Positions 8,625-18,945 of a stretch of 64,000 bases of DNA are shown here, piece after piece. The stretch is from TPA_inf: Saccharomyces (taxonomy: Eukaryota). The position numbers and the translations under genes are program-made. Where the stretch lies: the NCBI GenBank assembly GCA_000146045.2, contig BK006944.2:512001-576000 (forward strand), written 5' to 3'. Below the pieces are notes generated by a model. That model was not told the origin of the DNA, ran no database searches, and was given only the letters and a program-made list of their open reading frames with translations. Each line of letters begins with the position of its first letter. Positions within the stretch are counted from its first letter, which is position 1.

Positions 8625-8896
8625 GCCTTTTTTCCTTGAATATTGCAAATAAGCTTTTGCTAGTACTTTTTTTACTCCGTTCATTTTATGGTTTATTTTT
8701 CAATTAGTTCGTTTTTCCACAATACAAAAAAACACAGTCCTTTGTACTATCCCTTTTATTTCATTATTTTTTCTTTTTTAAGATACCACTAGATATTATC
8801 ATATATAGCATATTATATAACATAAAAAGTCAAGAAAAAAAATGTTTTTATCACTTTCTATAACTGCATATCTTTTTTTGCATTTCGAATGATTGC

Positions 8897-9712
8897 TTAC
8901 ACATCGCCATGCTGGGATTCCTCCTCTGGTGGTGAGACAAATGGACCTGCTAATTCCAATGCAGGTTCGTCAATGTTGTGGTGAGCGTATGACAAAACAC
9001 CAATCCCACCGGCGTCCAGTAAGAAACATGGATTGTCTACCAAATGTCTGTAAGATTCCAATTTCACATATGGAACTGTGTCGTCATCATAAGATTTGAC
9101 ATTTTGAATTTCTTCAATCGTCTCACACTTCTTTTGCACACCCAGTCCAAACCAAATAGCAGCAAAATAACGCAATGCATGTCCGTGCGCAAAGACCATG
9201 ATGTCTGATGCTCTGCCCTCACTCTGGTGCTTGCGGTGCAAGTTCTGGATTCTGGCAATAGCGCGGGAAAGTCTCAACCCAATTTGCTGAGTAGTCTCAC
9301 CGTTCTCACACCCATCTCTCCAGATATTCCATGGCCTCTCCTTGTCCAAACCGCGTGACTTTCTCAATTCAATGATTTCTCGAGTCAGCATTCCCTCGTA
9401 GTCACCGTACTCCCACTCTCGCAAGTCGTCGTCTACCACCACACGGATCTTAGCTCTTTGCTCGTCGCTTAATGGTTTCAAAACCAAATCCACAGTTTGC
9501 CTGGCACGCAAACGTGGAGAGGTGAAGATATAAGTGATGTTGTCTGGATTCAAAAACTGATTATTGCGGAAAACACTCTCACCGGTCCTCAACATTTGGC
9601 CCTCACCGTAGGGCGTTAACGGTAGATCTGTCAAACCAGTATACTGGCCTGACTTGGACCATTCAGTTTGACCGTGTCTGACAATGATACATCTGGGGGT
9701 TAGCGAAGGCAT
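8897..9712 (-). CDS. SHB17: Sedoheptulose-1,7-bisphosphatase (histidine-phosphatase / PGM superfamily), 271 aa
   Basis: ATG (plus-strand cat at 9710-9712) gives MPSLTPRCIIVRHGQTEWSKSGQYTGLTDLPLTPYGEGQ, with the RHG catalytic motif. The four extra ORF-track residues (MQAT) start from a TTG, and a TAA stop lies immediately upstream of it. Confidence 0.93.
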   Translation of the reverse strand: MPSLTPRCIIVRHGQTEWSKSGQYTGLTDLPLTPYGEGQMLRTGESVFRNNQFLNPDNITYIFTSPRLRARQTVDLVLKPLSDEQRAKIRVVVDDDLREWEYGDYEGMLTREIIELRKSRGLDKERPWNIWRDGCENGETTQQIGLRLSRAIARIQNLHRKHQSEGRASDIMVFAHGHALRYFAAIWFGLGVQKKCETIEEIQNVKSYDDDTVPYVKLESYRHLVDNPCFLLDAGGIGVLSYAHHNIDEPALELAGPFVSPPEEESQHGDV

Positions 9713-10014
9713 TGTTGCTTGCAATTAAGTGTAGGTGTTTCCCTATCCACTTAGCTATGAACAAAATGTGCTTATCTGAGCTAATATTTTTTCATTTTTG
9801 TCCTATAAATAATAATGGAAAAAAAAAACTCATCGCGTGGTTGAACAGAAAAAAAACAATAAGAGTGAGTAAGCAGTGAAAAATGTAAGATTTACGCTTT
9901 ATATAAGCAGATTTTGGTTTCCTTTATATATTTTTGCATTTGTCTATCCTTAACATTGGATAGCAATTTGGCGGTGGGTAGTTTATAACGTGTGTGCTCT
10001 CTCTTTAAGTAACG

Positions 10015-11346
10015 ATGTCAAGAGATGTAAGGGCAGAGAAACTAGCCATATCACTATTGATTTTATCATTGTTTCTAATATTCCAATTAGTGGCTGAGAT
10101 TTATCTCAATAATGGTGATCAGTACCATACAGAGACTAGCCCCTTTACAAGAGGAAGATCACATGTAACGCGTGTGCCCAACCATGATGCTAGTTTATCT
10201 ATACCGTTTTTGGACAAGATCAACCAGTTTTGGCATGTAGGCGGTGCCACGCAAATTAGGAATATTCAGTCGATCAAATTGACTCAGGACCGTGATCAAG
10301 ATAAACATGGATTAGTATTGTCCAATGGAATTGGCGACAACACCATCAATGACTTTGAGATTGTTTTCACTTTCAGAATTTCTCACGACCCCACTACACA
10401 ACTCACTGGTGATGGAATGTGTTTTGCCATTACGCCCGAAAATGGGTTTCTCACACAGAATTTACAGTCGTCGTATGCGAAAAAGCAATACATGATGAAT
10501 TCTCAGGGCGTCATAGCCGATAATACAGATCTGATGGGCTTCCCGAAAAATCTGCCTGGCCTATTTATTGTCTTGGATACGTATCGCAACCAAGGCCACG
10601 ACCATAAGGAGGTACCCTTTATGGATGTGTTTATAAATGTGGCCCCAGAAAGCGATTGGTACGATATAAATAGTGATGGTGAACTCAGTACATCGCTGCG
10701 GCTTAATTCAAGAGGCCACATAAAACTCAAGAAAAATGCCCTGTGGAATCGAGTCACGAAACTAAGAATAATATATTTGGAAAGTATAAGCTTCCTGAAG
10801 ATCGACGTGCAGTACGCAAAAGAGGGAAACTACTGGATTGAGTTATTTCAAACAACCGAAAATCTGTACTTGCCGAAAAACATGCACACGGGGCAAAGAT
10901 ACATTGGCTGTAGCGCATTAAATGGCCAATTAACGGAGACAGTGGAGCTGCTGGACGTATCCACTAGCGAATTCCATTGGAACGACATGGATGCGTCCAT
11001 TGAGGACACCTATGATTACGCAAAGGAAGCTGAGCTATTCCTGGAGCAGGAATTTGGCGAGGTCCTTGACAGGGAACCCGATGAGTTCACCAAATGGAAA
11101 ATGATCAAAGCTCAACCAAACATCAAGACTGGGTCACAGTCAGCTGAACAGAAAACTTCAAACAATCCTCACTCTCGGTTGTTCAAGGTCGTGCTGACCA
11201 TATGGCATTATAGCGAGATTTTGCTATTGATCATGGGCATTTATCTTTTTTCTGCTTGCATAAGAGTTTTCCAAAGAAGGTTCAAAAAAATTAGATCCAG
11301 AAGAAAAAGGGCAGGCTCGCATTCTGTGGGGCTATTGCCCATGTAG
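10015..11346 (+). CDS. UIP5: Type-I membrane protein with a legume-lectin-like luminal domain and C-terminal TM plus a basic tail, 443 aa
   Basis: ATG at 10015. The ORF reads MSRDVRAEKLAISLLILSLFLIFQ..., has a C-terminal hydrophobic segment LLLIMGIYLFSACI followed by RRFKKIRSRRKR, and is 443 aa. Confidence 0.88.
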   Translation: MSRDVRAEKLAISLLILSLFLIFQLVAEIYLNNGDQYHTETSPFTRGRSHVTRVPNHDASLSIPFLDKINQFWHVGGATQIRNIQSIKLTQDRDQDKHGLVLSNGIGDNTINDFEIVFTFRISHDPTTQLTGDGMCFAITPENGFLTQNLQSSYAKKQYMMNSQGVIADNTDLMGFPKNLPGLFIVLDTYRNQGHDHKEVPFMDVFINVAPESDWYDINSDGELSTSLRLNSRGHIKLKKNALWNRVTKLRIIYLESISFLKIDVQYAKEGNYWIELFQTTENLYLPKNMHTGQRYIGCSALNGQLTETVELLDVSTSEFHWNDMDASIEDTYDYAKEAELFLEQEFGEVLDREPDEFTKWKMIKAQPNIKTGSQSAEQKTSNNPHSRLFKVVLTIWHYSEILLLIMGIYLFSACIRVFQRRFKKIRSRRKRAGSHSVGLLPM

Positions 11347-11417
11347 CATTGCATAGGCACGCACATACATACATACACAAATAATACAATATAGGACGTT
11401 CATCTTAGGTAGCCAAT

Positions 11418-11969
11418 TCACGGTCTTCTTGTGGTAGTGTTACTTGCGTTCGACGGCGGGAGGGTTCTTGATCGATCCAATATACTCTGTGGTGGGATGG
11501 CCAGAACGCTAGAATTCGTCTCAAACGTCCTGTTAGAGAATATTGTGGGCCTCGTAGACTGTATTGAATGAATGTCCGAGAAAGTAGACGACTTCACTGA
11601 CGAGGAACAAAACGATACTAGCGGAATAACACTTGCGTTGTCGTTTTGTTGTTGCTGCTGTTGCTGCTGCTGCTGTCTTACTTTGCCTGTTGGTGGTTCA
11701 TCCCATGCCACTCGACGGTCTCCTTCGTCATCGGATTCGCTCGAATGCAACGAATTTCGATCAACCAATGGTCGCAACGACGAACTGATGGTTGTTCCAT
11801 CCGGATCCAACTCAGCACGCTTAACTCTTGTGGGGCCAGCCCTAGTGCCGCGTCTTGGTTTACTGCTCGAGACCGATGCGTTAGTTGTGGTAGTGGTGTT
11901 TATTATTTTTTTAACCCACACTGAAAGTTTGTTTCTTCTTCCCTGGGATGTATGATGACTGTTTGACAT
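11418..11969 (-). CDS. YKR045C: Uncharacterised Ser/Thr/Gln-rich protein, 183 aa
   Basis: Starts MSNSHHTSQGRRNKLSVWVKK... from the ATG at 11967-11969. An in-frame ATG 8 codons upstream at 11991-11993 is an alternative start. Contains a Q10 tract. Confidence 0.65.
   Translation of the reverse strand: MSNSHHTSQGRRNKLSVWVKKIINTTTTTNASVSSSKPRRGTRAGPTRVKRAELDPDGTTISSSLRPLVDRNSLHSSESDDEGDRRVAWDEPPTGKVRQQQQQQQQQQNDNASVIPLVSFCSSSVKSSTFSDIHSIQSTRPTIFSNRTFETNSSVLAIPPQSILDRSRTLPPSNASNTTTRRP
11646..11675 (-). repeat. CAG/CAA polyglutamine-coding repeat (10 codons)
   Basis: Plus strand ttgttgttgctgctgttgctgctgctgctg. On the plus strand it reads as poly-Cys/Leu in spurious ORFs. Confidence 0.9.
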
Positions 11970-12035
11970 GCTAGGACTTTCCCTTGGCACCATGTATATT
12001 CACTTTTATTGTCTCTTGATCGAGCTATAACCAAA

Positions 12036-12058
12036 TTTTTTTTTTTTTTTTTTTTTTT
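12036..12058. repeat. Homopolymer T23 in the YKR045C promoter / PET10 3' region
   Basis: 23 consecutive T. Confidence 0.9.
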
Positions 12059-12222
12059 CGTTTTTATAATTTTTTCTTTGGTATTCAATTGTATATAGTG
12101 CTCAAACAGCAACGTACATAATAGCTAGCAAACAATAGATGAAATAATAGAATAATAACAAATAACTATATAAGAGTGGCAGGAAAAAAAATCAGGCGCA
12201 CGATTAGCGCAAAACCAAATTA

Positions 12223-13074
12223 CTAATTGGTCGACACAGCCGCGGGCTTAGAATTGGTTTGGTCTTCTCTTGAGGCCTTTAGCTTCTCAATGGTGGCATT
12301 GCCCAAGTCCAACCCGGTGGATACAATGGCTTTAGGGACGCTTTCAGATTTACTTAGATTGTTTTCATAGACAGTGGTGAAGCGTTGGTAGGTTTCGTTA
12401 AGCTTAGTCTTTGTTGGGTCGATGTACACAGACTGCAACTTGTCAGTTGTGGGCTTCACTATGGCGTCGTACTTTTCTTTAGCCAGGTCCTTGGTTGGGT
12501 CGATATAGTTCGACTTGACCTTGGACTGGATCTCCTGCGACATACCTCTGGTCGTTGAAGACAACTCTGCCACGTGGGGCAAAGAAGAAGCATCAGTGAC
12601 CTTGTTCTCCTCACCGGAAGAGCCGATCTCCTTCGATGCGGTAGAACCTTGCAAGTGCAATGGCTTGATCAGGAACTCCCTCAACAGAGTATTAGAAATG
12701 TTGGCGACGTAGTCGACGAAGAACCACACCAGCCAGATCCCTGGCGTGTTGGAATGTGATTTCCAATTGTACAGCAAGCCGTCGACACCCTCCTTGAACA
12801 CCAAGAGGTTAACTAACTCGTCCAACTTGAAGGCCCCTTCCTTCCCAGCAGCAACAACTTGCTTCACCAGACGAGGAGAGCTGGACGATTCGGAAACCCA
12901 CTGGTTCACAGATCCCAAAACAACGAGGTTGAAGGAAATCAATCTCTCCACAGGTGGCAGAGATTCCGCATATTTAATAAACTTGGATAAAGCTGGGTAT
13001 CTTTGCAGATGCGACCAGGTTGCTTGTGGCAATTCCACAGATGGTTTAGAAGAAGAAATAGATGATTCAGACAT
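12223..13074 (-). CDS. PET10: Lipid-droplet perilipin-like protein, 283 aa
   Basis: ATG (cat at 13072-13074) gives [45 protein letters not shown]... TAG stop at 12223-12225. Confidence 0.9.
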
Positions 13075-13256
13075 AATTACGCTACGGTTCTGGAGAGTGA
13101 GTGATGGTTAATGATTACCGATACATTCCGTTATCTTTCCTTTTATAACCCTTGCTGCTATATTATTAAATCCGAAAGAATACGATCATCCCCCACGGCG
13201 GAGAAAATCTAGGCTATTATTATCATTATTATTATTATTATTGTCGTCTTAGTTAC

Positions 13257-13562
13257 ATGCGCTTTAACATATATTTCAGCTTACACACTTACATGTATAT
13301 ACATATATATATCTATATATGTATGTATACATATGTATATAAATATATGAATACGGTTATGACCACTCTTGCGAAGTGCGTTGGGATTATGACTGCTTGC
13401 ATTCAGGAGCCTGTTCCGGCCTGCCAGCAAAATCGTCTTGCTCTTCGGCAGATTCCCCGTCGTCATCCTCCAAGCCGTGATCATCATCTTCTTCTTCGTC
13501 TTCGTCCTCGTCCGCTTCTTCTTCGTCCTCCTCGAACTCGAATTCCAAGGCTGCGCCGGTAA
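13257..13562 (+). CDS. YKR047W: Dubious 101-aa ORF antisense to the NAP1 3' end, low complexity (Pro/Arg/Leu repeats), unlikely to be real
   Basis: It is the antisense reading of the NAP1 acidic tail, which makes an open frame by composition. Confidence 0.12.
   Translation: MRFNIYFSLHTYMYIHIYIYICMYTYVYKYMNTVMTTLAKCVGIMTACIQEPVPACQQNRLALRQIPRRHPPSRDHHLLLRLRPRPLLLRPPRTRIPRLRR
13291..13350. repeat. TA/TG-rich microsatellite-like tract (tatatacatatatatatctatatatgtatgtatacatatgtatataaatatatg)
   Basis: Imperfect (TA)n and (TATG) units in the NAP1 3' flank. Confidence 0.7.
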
Positions 13563-14640
13563 ACCAGTCCACGGCTCTAGGAATTAGCTTGTCCTTAAGT
13601 TGTTCCCCGATGGAGTAGTCTAAAGCTAGACGTTCCTCGAGGTCTTCCTCCAACTCCTCGTCTTGGTCTTCGTTTTGGATCTTGGGAGGGTCGAAGAAGT
13701 TGAAAAAGGATTCTATGGGAGTGATCTTCTCGATGGTCCTCACCTGCTTGGTGGTCTTGTTTCTCTGCTTGCGCATTTCTAGGTCCACAGTGACGTTGTG
13801 GGCGTTGTCCTTCCAACTGATCTCGCAGCCTTCTGCGTGGTCGTAGATAAAGTCCCCGGAGTAACCGAGCTCCTTCTGGTAGAAGTAGGTCTTGCACAGA
13901 ATGTCGTTGGTGAAGAATGGGTTGGCGGAAGAATCAAATCTGAACAACAGCTTGAAACCGGGTCTACCATCCGTCAAGTATTCCAGACCAATATCTTGCA
14001 GGTACTCCAGAACTTCCGCATCGCGGTCAGTGATCGTGTCGCAAACGATGGGCAAGTTCTCTAATGCGGTTAGCCAGAATGAGGGAATTCCCTTCACCTG
14101 TTCCTCCTCGGAATCATTTTGGGCCTTCTCTTCTTCGTCCACCAACAACTCCGTCTCATTGAGTGACTCCACAATCTCTTGGCCCTTTGCGATCTGTTCC
14201 GGCTTGGGTTGCTCTTGTCCTGAAATGATCCTGGACCGCTGCTCCCAAATGGGCTTGTACTTCTGCAGAAACTTGTTCTCTAGCTCAAACATCTCCACCT
14301 GAAATTCCTTTTCAACTTCGAATAGCTCGCTTTGTAAAGTCTTCAAGCTCAGCAGCTTTTCCTTAACGTTCTTGGGAAGACCCCCCACATACCCGCTGTC
14401 CTGGCCCACCAGCGAGCCAAGTCTGTCCTGGATGGACTGTAACAACAGGGGTTGGTTAGCCAAGATGTCCTCCTCGTTGATGGTGCCGATCTTGTCATCC
14501 TGCTCCTGTGCCTGGGCCCTAACTGGGTTGCCGTTTTTCAAATAGCTCGGATTCAGAACCGATGCTGGGGTATTGTGAGGCGTAGGGGCGTTGTCGATTT
14601 GCATCGACGACTTGGGTTTCGTTCTGATAGGGTCTGACAT
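13387..14640 (-). CDS. NAP1: Nucleosome assembly protein 1 (NAP family histone chaperone), 417 aa, with an acidic C-terminal tail
   Basis: ATG (cat at 14638-14640) gives MSDPIRTKPKSSMQIDNAPTPHNTPASVLNPSYLKNGNPVRAQAQEQDDK... The C-terminus is EFEFEEDEEEADEDEDEEEDDDHGLEDDDGESAEEQDD. Confidence 0.95.
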   Translation of the reverse strand: MSDPIRTKPKSSMQIDNAPTPHNTPASVLNPSYLKNGNPVRAQAQEQDDKIGTINEEDILANQPLLLQSIQDRLGSLVGQDSGYVGGLPKNVKEKLLSLKTLQSELFEVEKEFQVEMFELENKFLQKYKPIWEQRSRIISGQEQPKPEQIAKGQEIVESLNETELLVDEEEKAQNDSEEEQVKGIPSFWLTALENLPIVCDTITDRDAEVLEYLQDIGLEYLTDGRPGFKLLFRFDSSANPFFTNDILCKTYFYQKELGYSGDFIYDHAEGCEISWKDNAHNVTVDLEMRKQRNKTTKQVRTIEKITPIESFFNFFDPPKIQNEDQDEELEEDLEERLALDYSIGEQLKDKLIPRAVDWFTGAALEFEFEEDEEEADEDEDEEEDDDHGLEDDDGESAEEQDDFAGRPEQAPECKQS

Positions 14641-14829
14641 GATCTTGCGCTTTGCTCTTGGTCCCACTGGGCTCACTAAATCCTCCTAATCTACCATCAA
14701 ACTGCCATTTTTGATCCCAAACGCTGCTATTTAAAAGGAAAAATTTTCCCAATTACGCGGGTAATACAAAAAAGATATAGCCCATTGTTATAAAAATATG
14801 TATGTGTTCAATATAGTGGTATATAGGTG

Positions 14830-15231
14830 TTATTTGCGCTGAATGATGTACTTGTCAATGTCTGCGGGCTCATTTCCCACCAACTTGTTTTCCCAGTCGA
14901 CCCAAAGCGCCTCCTTTGGATTCCAAAGTCCCCTCTGGACACACTTCTGCAGGTCCATCCCGAACGTCGGGTCTGTGTGCTTGTATTTGAGCACTGAATC
15001 CAGCTTTGGAATCTGCCTTTGCAACGAAACTGGGCCTTGCGGGCACGAAGTTCTCATGTATTGCAGCTGGTCCCACGTGGGAAAGCGGTTGGCGATTTCC
15101 ACGTCGAATCGATGAGAGACGTCTCCCTTCAGCAACTGCAGGCATTTCTGCGACTTGATATTGGACGCGATGTCATTGGTAAACAACGAGATGGTACGTG
15201 GCTGTCTCTGCAATGTTTTCCAAAACGACAT
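14830..15231 (-). CDS. FMP46: Small mitochondrial thioredoxin-fold (DUF1687) protein, 133 aa
   Basis: ATG (cat at 15229-15231) gives MSFWKTLQRQPRTISLFTNDIASNIKSQKCLQLLKGD... Confidence 0.88.
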   Translation of the reverse strand: MSFWKTLQRQPRTISLFTNDIASNIKSQKCLQLLKGDVSHRFDVEIANRFPTWDQLQYMRTSCPQGPVSLQRQIPKLDSVLKYKHTDPTFGMDLQKCVQRGLWNPKEALWVDWENKLVGNEPADIDKYIIQRK

Positions 15232-15814
15232 TTATTGCGTTTGCGTTTGCGATCTCCCGGTCTGTTATTTTCATTTGCACTTTTCTTAACGTTCTCTTTT
15301 GGTTTTATATGCCCCTTTCCAAGCTGGGTGGATACCCCGTCCATTGAGTGCCCGTGCCCAATCAAGCTAAAGCCAGACTAAAAAGAGGAAGAGTTCAAGA
15401 ACCATCAATGCCTCCAGCACAATTTCACAACAGCTTGACACTTTGGCAACGGTTATATCAGAGCATAGCGACGGGATTAGAGAGATGCAAGACGACGGAA
15501 GAAAGAAGGGAGTGCCCGGCATGCGCTGAAAGCGCCCTGTAGTACAAGCGTACCGCCGTTGAATAGGCCATGGTACATCACACGATGATTGATAATTTGA
15601 TGCAAGCTGCCATGCTCAGATGGTTGTTTCCCGTTTCTCTCTTTCACTTTTGATCTCCTGCGAAGAATAGGATGAGATGTGAATTTTCGTTTCTAATCCC
15701 CTCGGCCGTGCGGCTGAAAAAGAGAAATGATATTGGAATAACTAGGTTTCAGATGATGAGAAAAGAGGCTATTTTGTACTATTCACCGACGATAAGAGGC
15801 TGTAAGAACCACTC

Positions 15815-18484
15815 ATGCCAACAGCTAAGAGGACGTCATCCAGGGCTTCGTTGGCACTGCCCTTCCAGTTACGGTTGGTGCACAAGAAATCATGGGGCCA
15901 TCGGCTAAGAGACTTCATTTCCGGGTTCTTAAAATCATGCAGACCCATTGCTAAATACGTTTTCCCCAACTTCATCGTGGTGCACTATATCTACCTGATC
16001 ACGCTGTCGATTATCGGGTCCATTCTGTTATATCCGTGCAAGAACACGGCGTTCATCGATGTGCTATTTCTGGCTGCTGGAGCGTCTACACAGGGCGGGC
16101 TGGCCACCAAGAGCACTAACGATTTCAACCTGTACCAGCAGATAGTGGTGTACGTCATTACATTGCTGTCCACGCCTATACTTATTCATGGGTTTTTGGC
16201 CTTTGTCAGGCTGTATTGGTTTGAAAGGTACTTCGACAACATTAGGGATATCTCCAAACAGAATTTTAAACTAAGAAGGACCATGACGTTGCAACAAAGG
16301 GAACTATCGGGCAGCAGTGGCAATGCCGCTCGAAGTAGGAGTTTCAAGGACAACCTGTTCCGTGGGAAGTTTGTTTCCAGAGAAGACCCACGACAATCCG
16401 CTTCAGATGTGCCGATGGACTCTCCTGACACGTCCGCATTGTCCTCAATCTCACCGTTGAATGTTTCCTCCTCTAAGGAGGAATCCAGTGACACGCAAAG
16501 CTCGCCTCCAAACTTCTCAAGTAAGCGCCAACCCTCAGACGTTGACCCAAGAGACATTTACAAATCGATAATGATGCTACAAAAACAACAAGAGAAGAGC
16601 AACGCAAACTCCACGGATTCTTTTTCGAGCGAGACCAATGGACCCGCTTTCATTGTGCAGGAACGTCATGAGAGAAGAGCCCCCCACTGCTCACTGAAAC
16701 GCCATTCTGTCCTGCCATCTTCTCAGGAATTGAACAAGCTAGCCCAGACGAAAAGTTTCCAGAAATTGCTTGGCTTGCGGAGAGATGAAGGTGACCATGA
16801 CTACTTTGACGGTGCTCCTCACAAATATATGGTCACCAAGAAGAAAAAAATATCTAGAACGCAATCATGTAACATCCCAACGTATACTGCTTCACCGAGT
16901 CCTAAAACCTCAGGCCAAGTAGTTGAAAATCATAGAAACTTGGCCAAGTCGGCGCCTTCATCTTTTGTTGATGAGGAGATGAGCTTTTCACCGCAAGAGT
17001 CTTTGAATTTACAGTTCCAAGCGCACCCGCCCAAACCAAAACGACGTGAAGGTGATATAGGCCACCCCTTCACCAGAACAATGAGCACCAACTATCTATC
17101 GTGGCAGCCAACCTTTGGCAGAAACTCCGTCTTCATTGGACTCACAAAGCAACAAAAGGAGGAACTCGGCGGTGTCGAATATCGTGCTTTGAGATTGCTG
17201 TGCTGCATTCTCATGGTATACTACATCGGATTCAACATTTTGGCGTTTGTGACCATCGTTCCATGGGCCTGTACGAGGCACCACTACTCAGAGATTATTA
17301 GACGAAATGGAGTTTCTCCAACCTGGTGGGGGTTTTTCACTGCAATGAGTGCATTCAGCAACTTGGGTCTGTCTTTGACCGCTGATTCAATGGTTTCCTT
17401 TGATACTGCGCCGTATCCGCTGATTTTCATGATGTTCTTCATCATCATAGGCAATACAGGCTTCCCAATTATGTTACGATTTATCATTTGGATCATGTTC
17501 AAGACCTCGAGAGACCTATCTCAGTTTAAGGAAAGTCTTGGGTTTCTCTTGGATCATCCGCGCAGGTGTTTTACGTTGCTGTTCCCCAGCGGCCCCACAT
17601 GGTGGCTGTTTACAACTTTAGTCGTCTTAAACGCTACGGATTGGATTCTTTTCATAATTCTGGATTTCAACTCCGCTGTAGTAAGGCAGGTTGCTAAAGG
17701 TTATCGAGCTCTCATGGGCCTCTTCCAGTCTGTATGCACAAGAACTGCTGGATTCAACGTTGTTGACTTAAGTAAATTACACCCGTCCATTCAGGTGTCT
17801 TATATGCTAATGATGTACGTTTCGGTCCTGCCGCTGGCGATTTCCATTAGAAGAACGAATGTTTATGAGGAGCAATCGTTGGGACTATACGATAGTGGAC
17901 AAGATGACGAAAATATCACCCACGAAGACGATATAAAGGAAACAGACCATGATGGCGAATCCGAAGAGCGAGACACTGTATCTACAAAGTCCAAGCCGAA
18001 GAAACAGTCCCCAAAATCGTTTGTTGGTGCTCATTTGAGGAGGCAACTCTCTTTTGATTTATGGTACCTATTCCTTGGATTATTTATAATATGCATATGC
18101 GAGGGCAGAAAAATCGAAGACGTTAATAAACCTGATTTCAATGTCTTTGCTATATTGTTTGAAGTTGTTAGCGCTTATGGTACAGTGGGTTTGTCATTGG
18201 GTTACCCAAACACCAACACATCACTATCTGCCCAGTTCACCGTATTATCGAAGCTAGTCATAATTGCCATGCTAATAAGAGGAAGAAATAGAGGTTTACC
18301 ATACACTTTGGATCGTGCCATCATGCTGCCAAGTGACAAACTGGAACAAATTGATCGTTTACAAGATATGAAAGCTAAGGGTAAGTTGTTAGCCAAAGTT
18401 GGTGAGGATCCAATGACTACTTACGTCAAAAAGAGATCCCACAAACTGAAAAAAATAGCAACAAAGTTTTGGGGGAAGCATTAA
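15815..18484 (+). CDS. TRK2: Trk/HKT-family K+ transporter, 889 aa
   Basis: ATG at 15815. The ORF reads MPTAKRTSSRASLALPFQLRLVHKKSWGHRLRDFISGF..., has multiple M-P-M pore repeats (for example GFNVVDLSKL) and is 889 aa. Confidence 0.94.
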   Translation: MPTAKRTSSRASLALPFQLRLVHKKSWGHRLRDFISGFLKSCRPIAKYVFPNFIVVHYIYLITLSIIGSILLYPCKNTAFIDVLFLAAGASTQGGLATKSTNDFNLYQQIVVYVITLLSTPILIHGFLAFVRLYWFERYFDNIRDISKQNFKLRRTMTLQQRELSGSSGNAARSRSFKDNLFRGKFVSREDPRQSASDVPMDSPDTSALSSISPLNVSSSKEESSDTQSSPPNFSSKRQPSDVDPRDIYKSIMMLQKQQEKSNANSTDSFSSETNGPAFIVQERHERRAPHCSLKRHSVLPSSQELNKLAQTKSFQKLLGLRRDEGDHDYFDGAPHKYMVTKKKKISRTQSCNIPTYTASPSPKTSGQVVENHRNLAKSAPSSFVDEEMSFSPQESLNLQFQAHPPKPKRREGDIGHPFTRTMSTNYLSWQPTFGRNSVFIGLTKQQKEELGGVEYRALRLLCCILMVYYIGFNILAFVTIVPWACTRHHYSEIIRRNGVSPTWWGFFTAMSAFSNLGLSLTADSMVSFDTAPYPLIFMMFFIIIGNTGFPIMLRFIIWIMFKTSRDLSQFKESLGFLLDHPRRCFTLLFPSGPTWWLFTTLVVLNATDWILFIILDFNSAVVRQVAKGYRALMGLFQSVCTRTAGFNVVDLSKLHPSIQVSYMLMMYVSVLPLAISIRRTNVYEEQSLGLYDSGQDDENITHEDDIKETDHDGESEERDTVSTKSKPKKQSPKSFVGAHLRRQLSFDLWYLFLGLFIICICEGRKIEDVNKPDFNVFAILFEVVSAYGTVGLSLGYPNTNTSLSAQFTVLSKLVIIAMLIRGRNRGLPYTLDRAIMLPSDKLEQIDRLQDMKAKGKLLAKVGEDPMTTYVKKRSHKLKKIATKFWGKH

Positions 18485-18806
18485 AATCAAGTTTACCCCT
18501 CTTTACCTACATAAGAGCCAACGTAATTTTCTCTCAGTATTATATGTATTATCTCCGAAGTTTATTATTCTTTAACGAAATATAAAAGAAAAATAAGAAA
18601 GATTAAGACCCTAAAAGGTGTACCACTACGATTCAACAAGCACAACGAATCCTATCCGTAATATACTTTTGATTTCTGACTATTCTAGAAAAATTTTAGT
18701 TCATTTTTTTTCCCTCTTTTTACTTATTGTATTTTTCACAATTGAATTGCATTTTGTCCCCTACGAAAAAAGGCAGAAAACGAGATCTAAACCACTTTCA
18801 GATCAG

Positions 18807-18826
18807 AATAATAATAATAATAATAA
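18807..18826. repeat. (AAT)6-7 microsatellite in the TRK2 - YKR051W intergenic region
   Basis: aataataataataataataa. Confidence 0.9.
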
Positions 18827-18945
18827 CCAACCAAAGCCATCAACAGGTCCACTAGAAGCATCTGCCAAGTTACGACCTAAGCAAAGGTTTGAGTGAAAAG
18901 TGAATTGCGACAGTACAATCACAAAAGTATAGAAACATAATTGTT

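Noticed and set aside
8897-9724. ORF-track N-terminal extensions (for example MQAT- on SHB17, and similar on UTH1, GLG1, TIF1, UTP30, OAF3, BET3, NAP1, DRE2, YKR070W)
   Set aside because: Checking the nucleotides shows the track accepts TTG/GTG/CTG as starts. The SHB17 extension begins at TTG with a TAA stop immediately upstream. Conserved N-termini begin at internal ATGs, which I used instead.
11572-11955. Plus-strand ORFs containing CCCCCCCCCC / LLLLLLLLL inside YKR045C
   Set aside because: Antisense or frameshifted reading of the CAG/CAA polyglutamine repeat.
12515-13111. Plus-strand ORFs (65, 61 and 121 aa) antisense to PET10
   Set aside because: They begin with TTG or GTG (verified at 12515 and 12746) and lie entirely within a well-supported gene on the other strand.
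13595-14302. Several plus- and minus-strand ORFs (88-136 aa) overlapping NAP1
   Set aside because: Arg/Pro-rich or Ser-rich antisense and alternate-frame readings of the NAP1 coding region and its acidic tail.
18618-18896. 92-aa ORF in the TRK2 - YKR051W intergenic region containing NNNNNNN
   Set aside because: It starts at GTG. The Asn run is the (AAT)n microsatellite. There is no coding signal.
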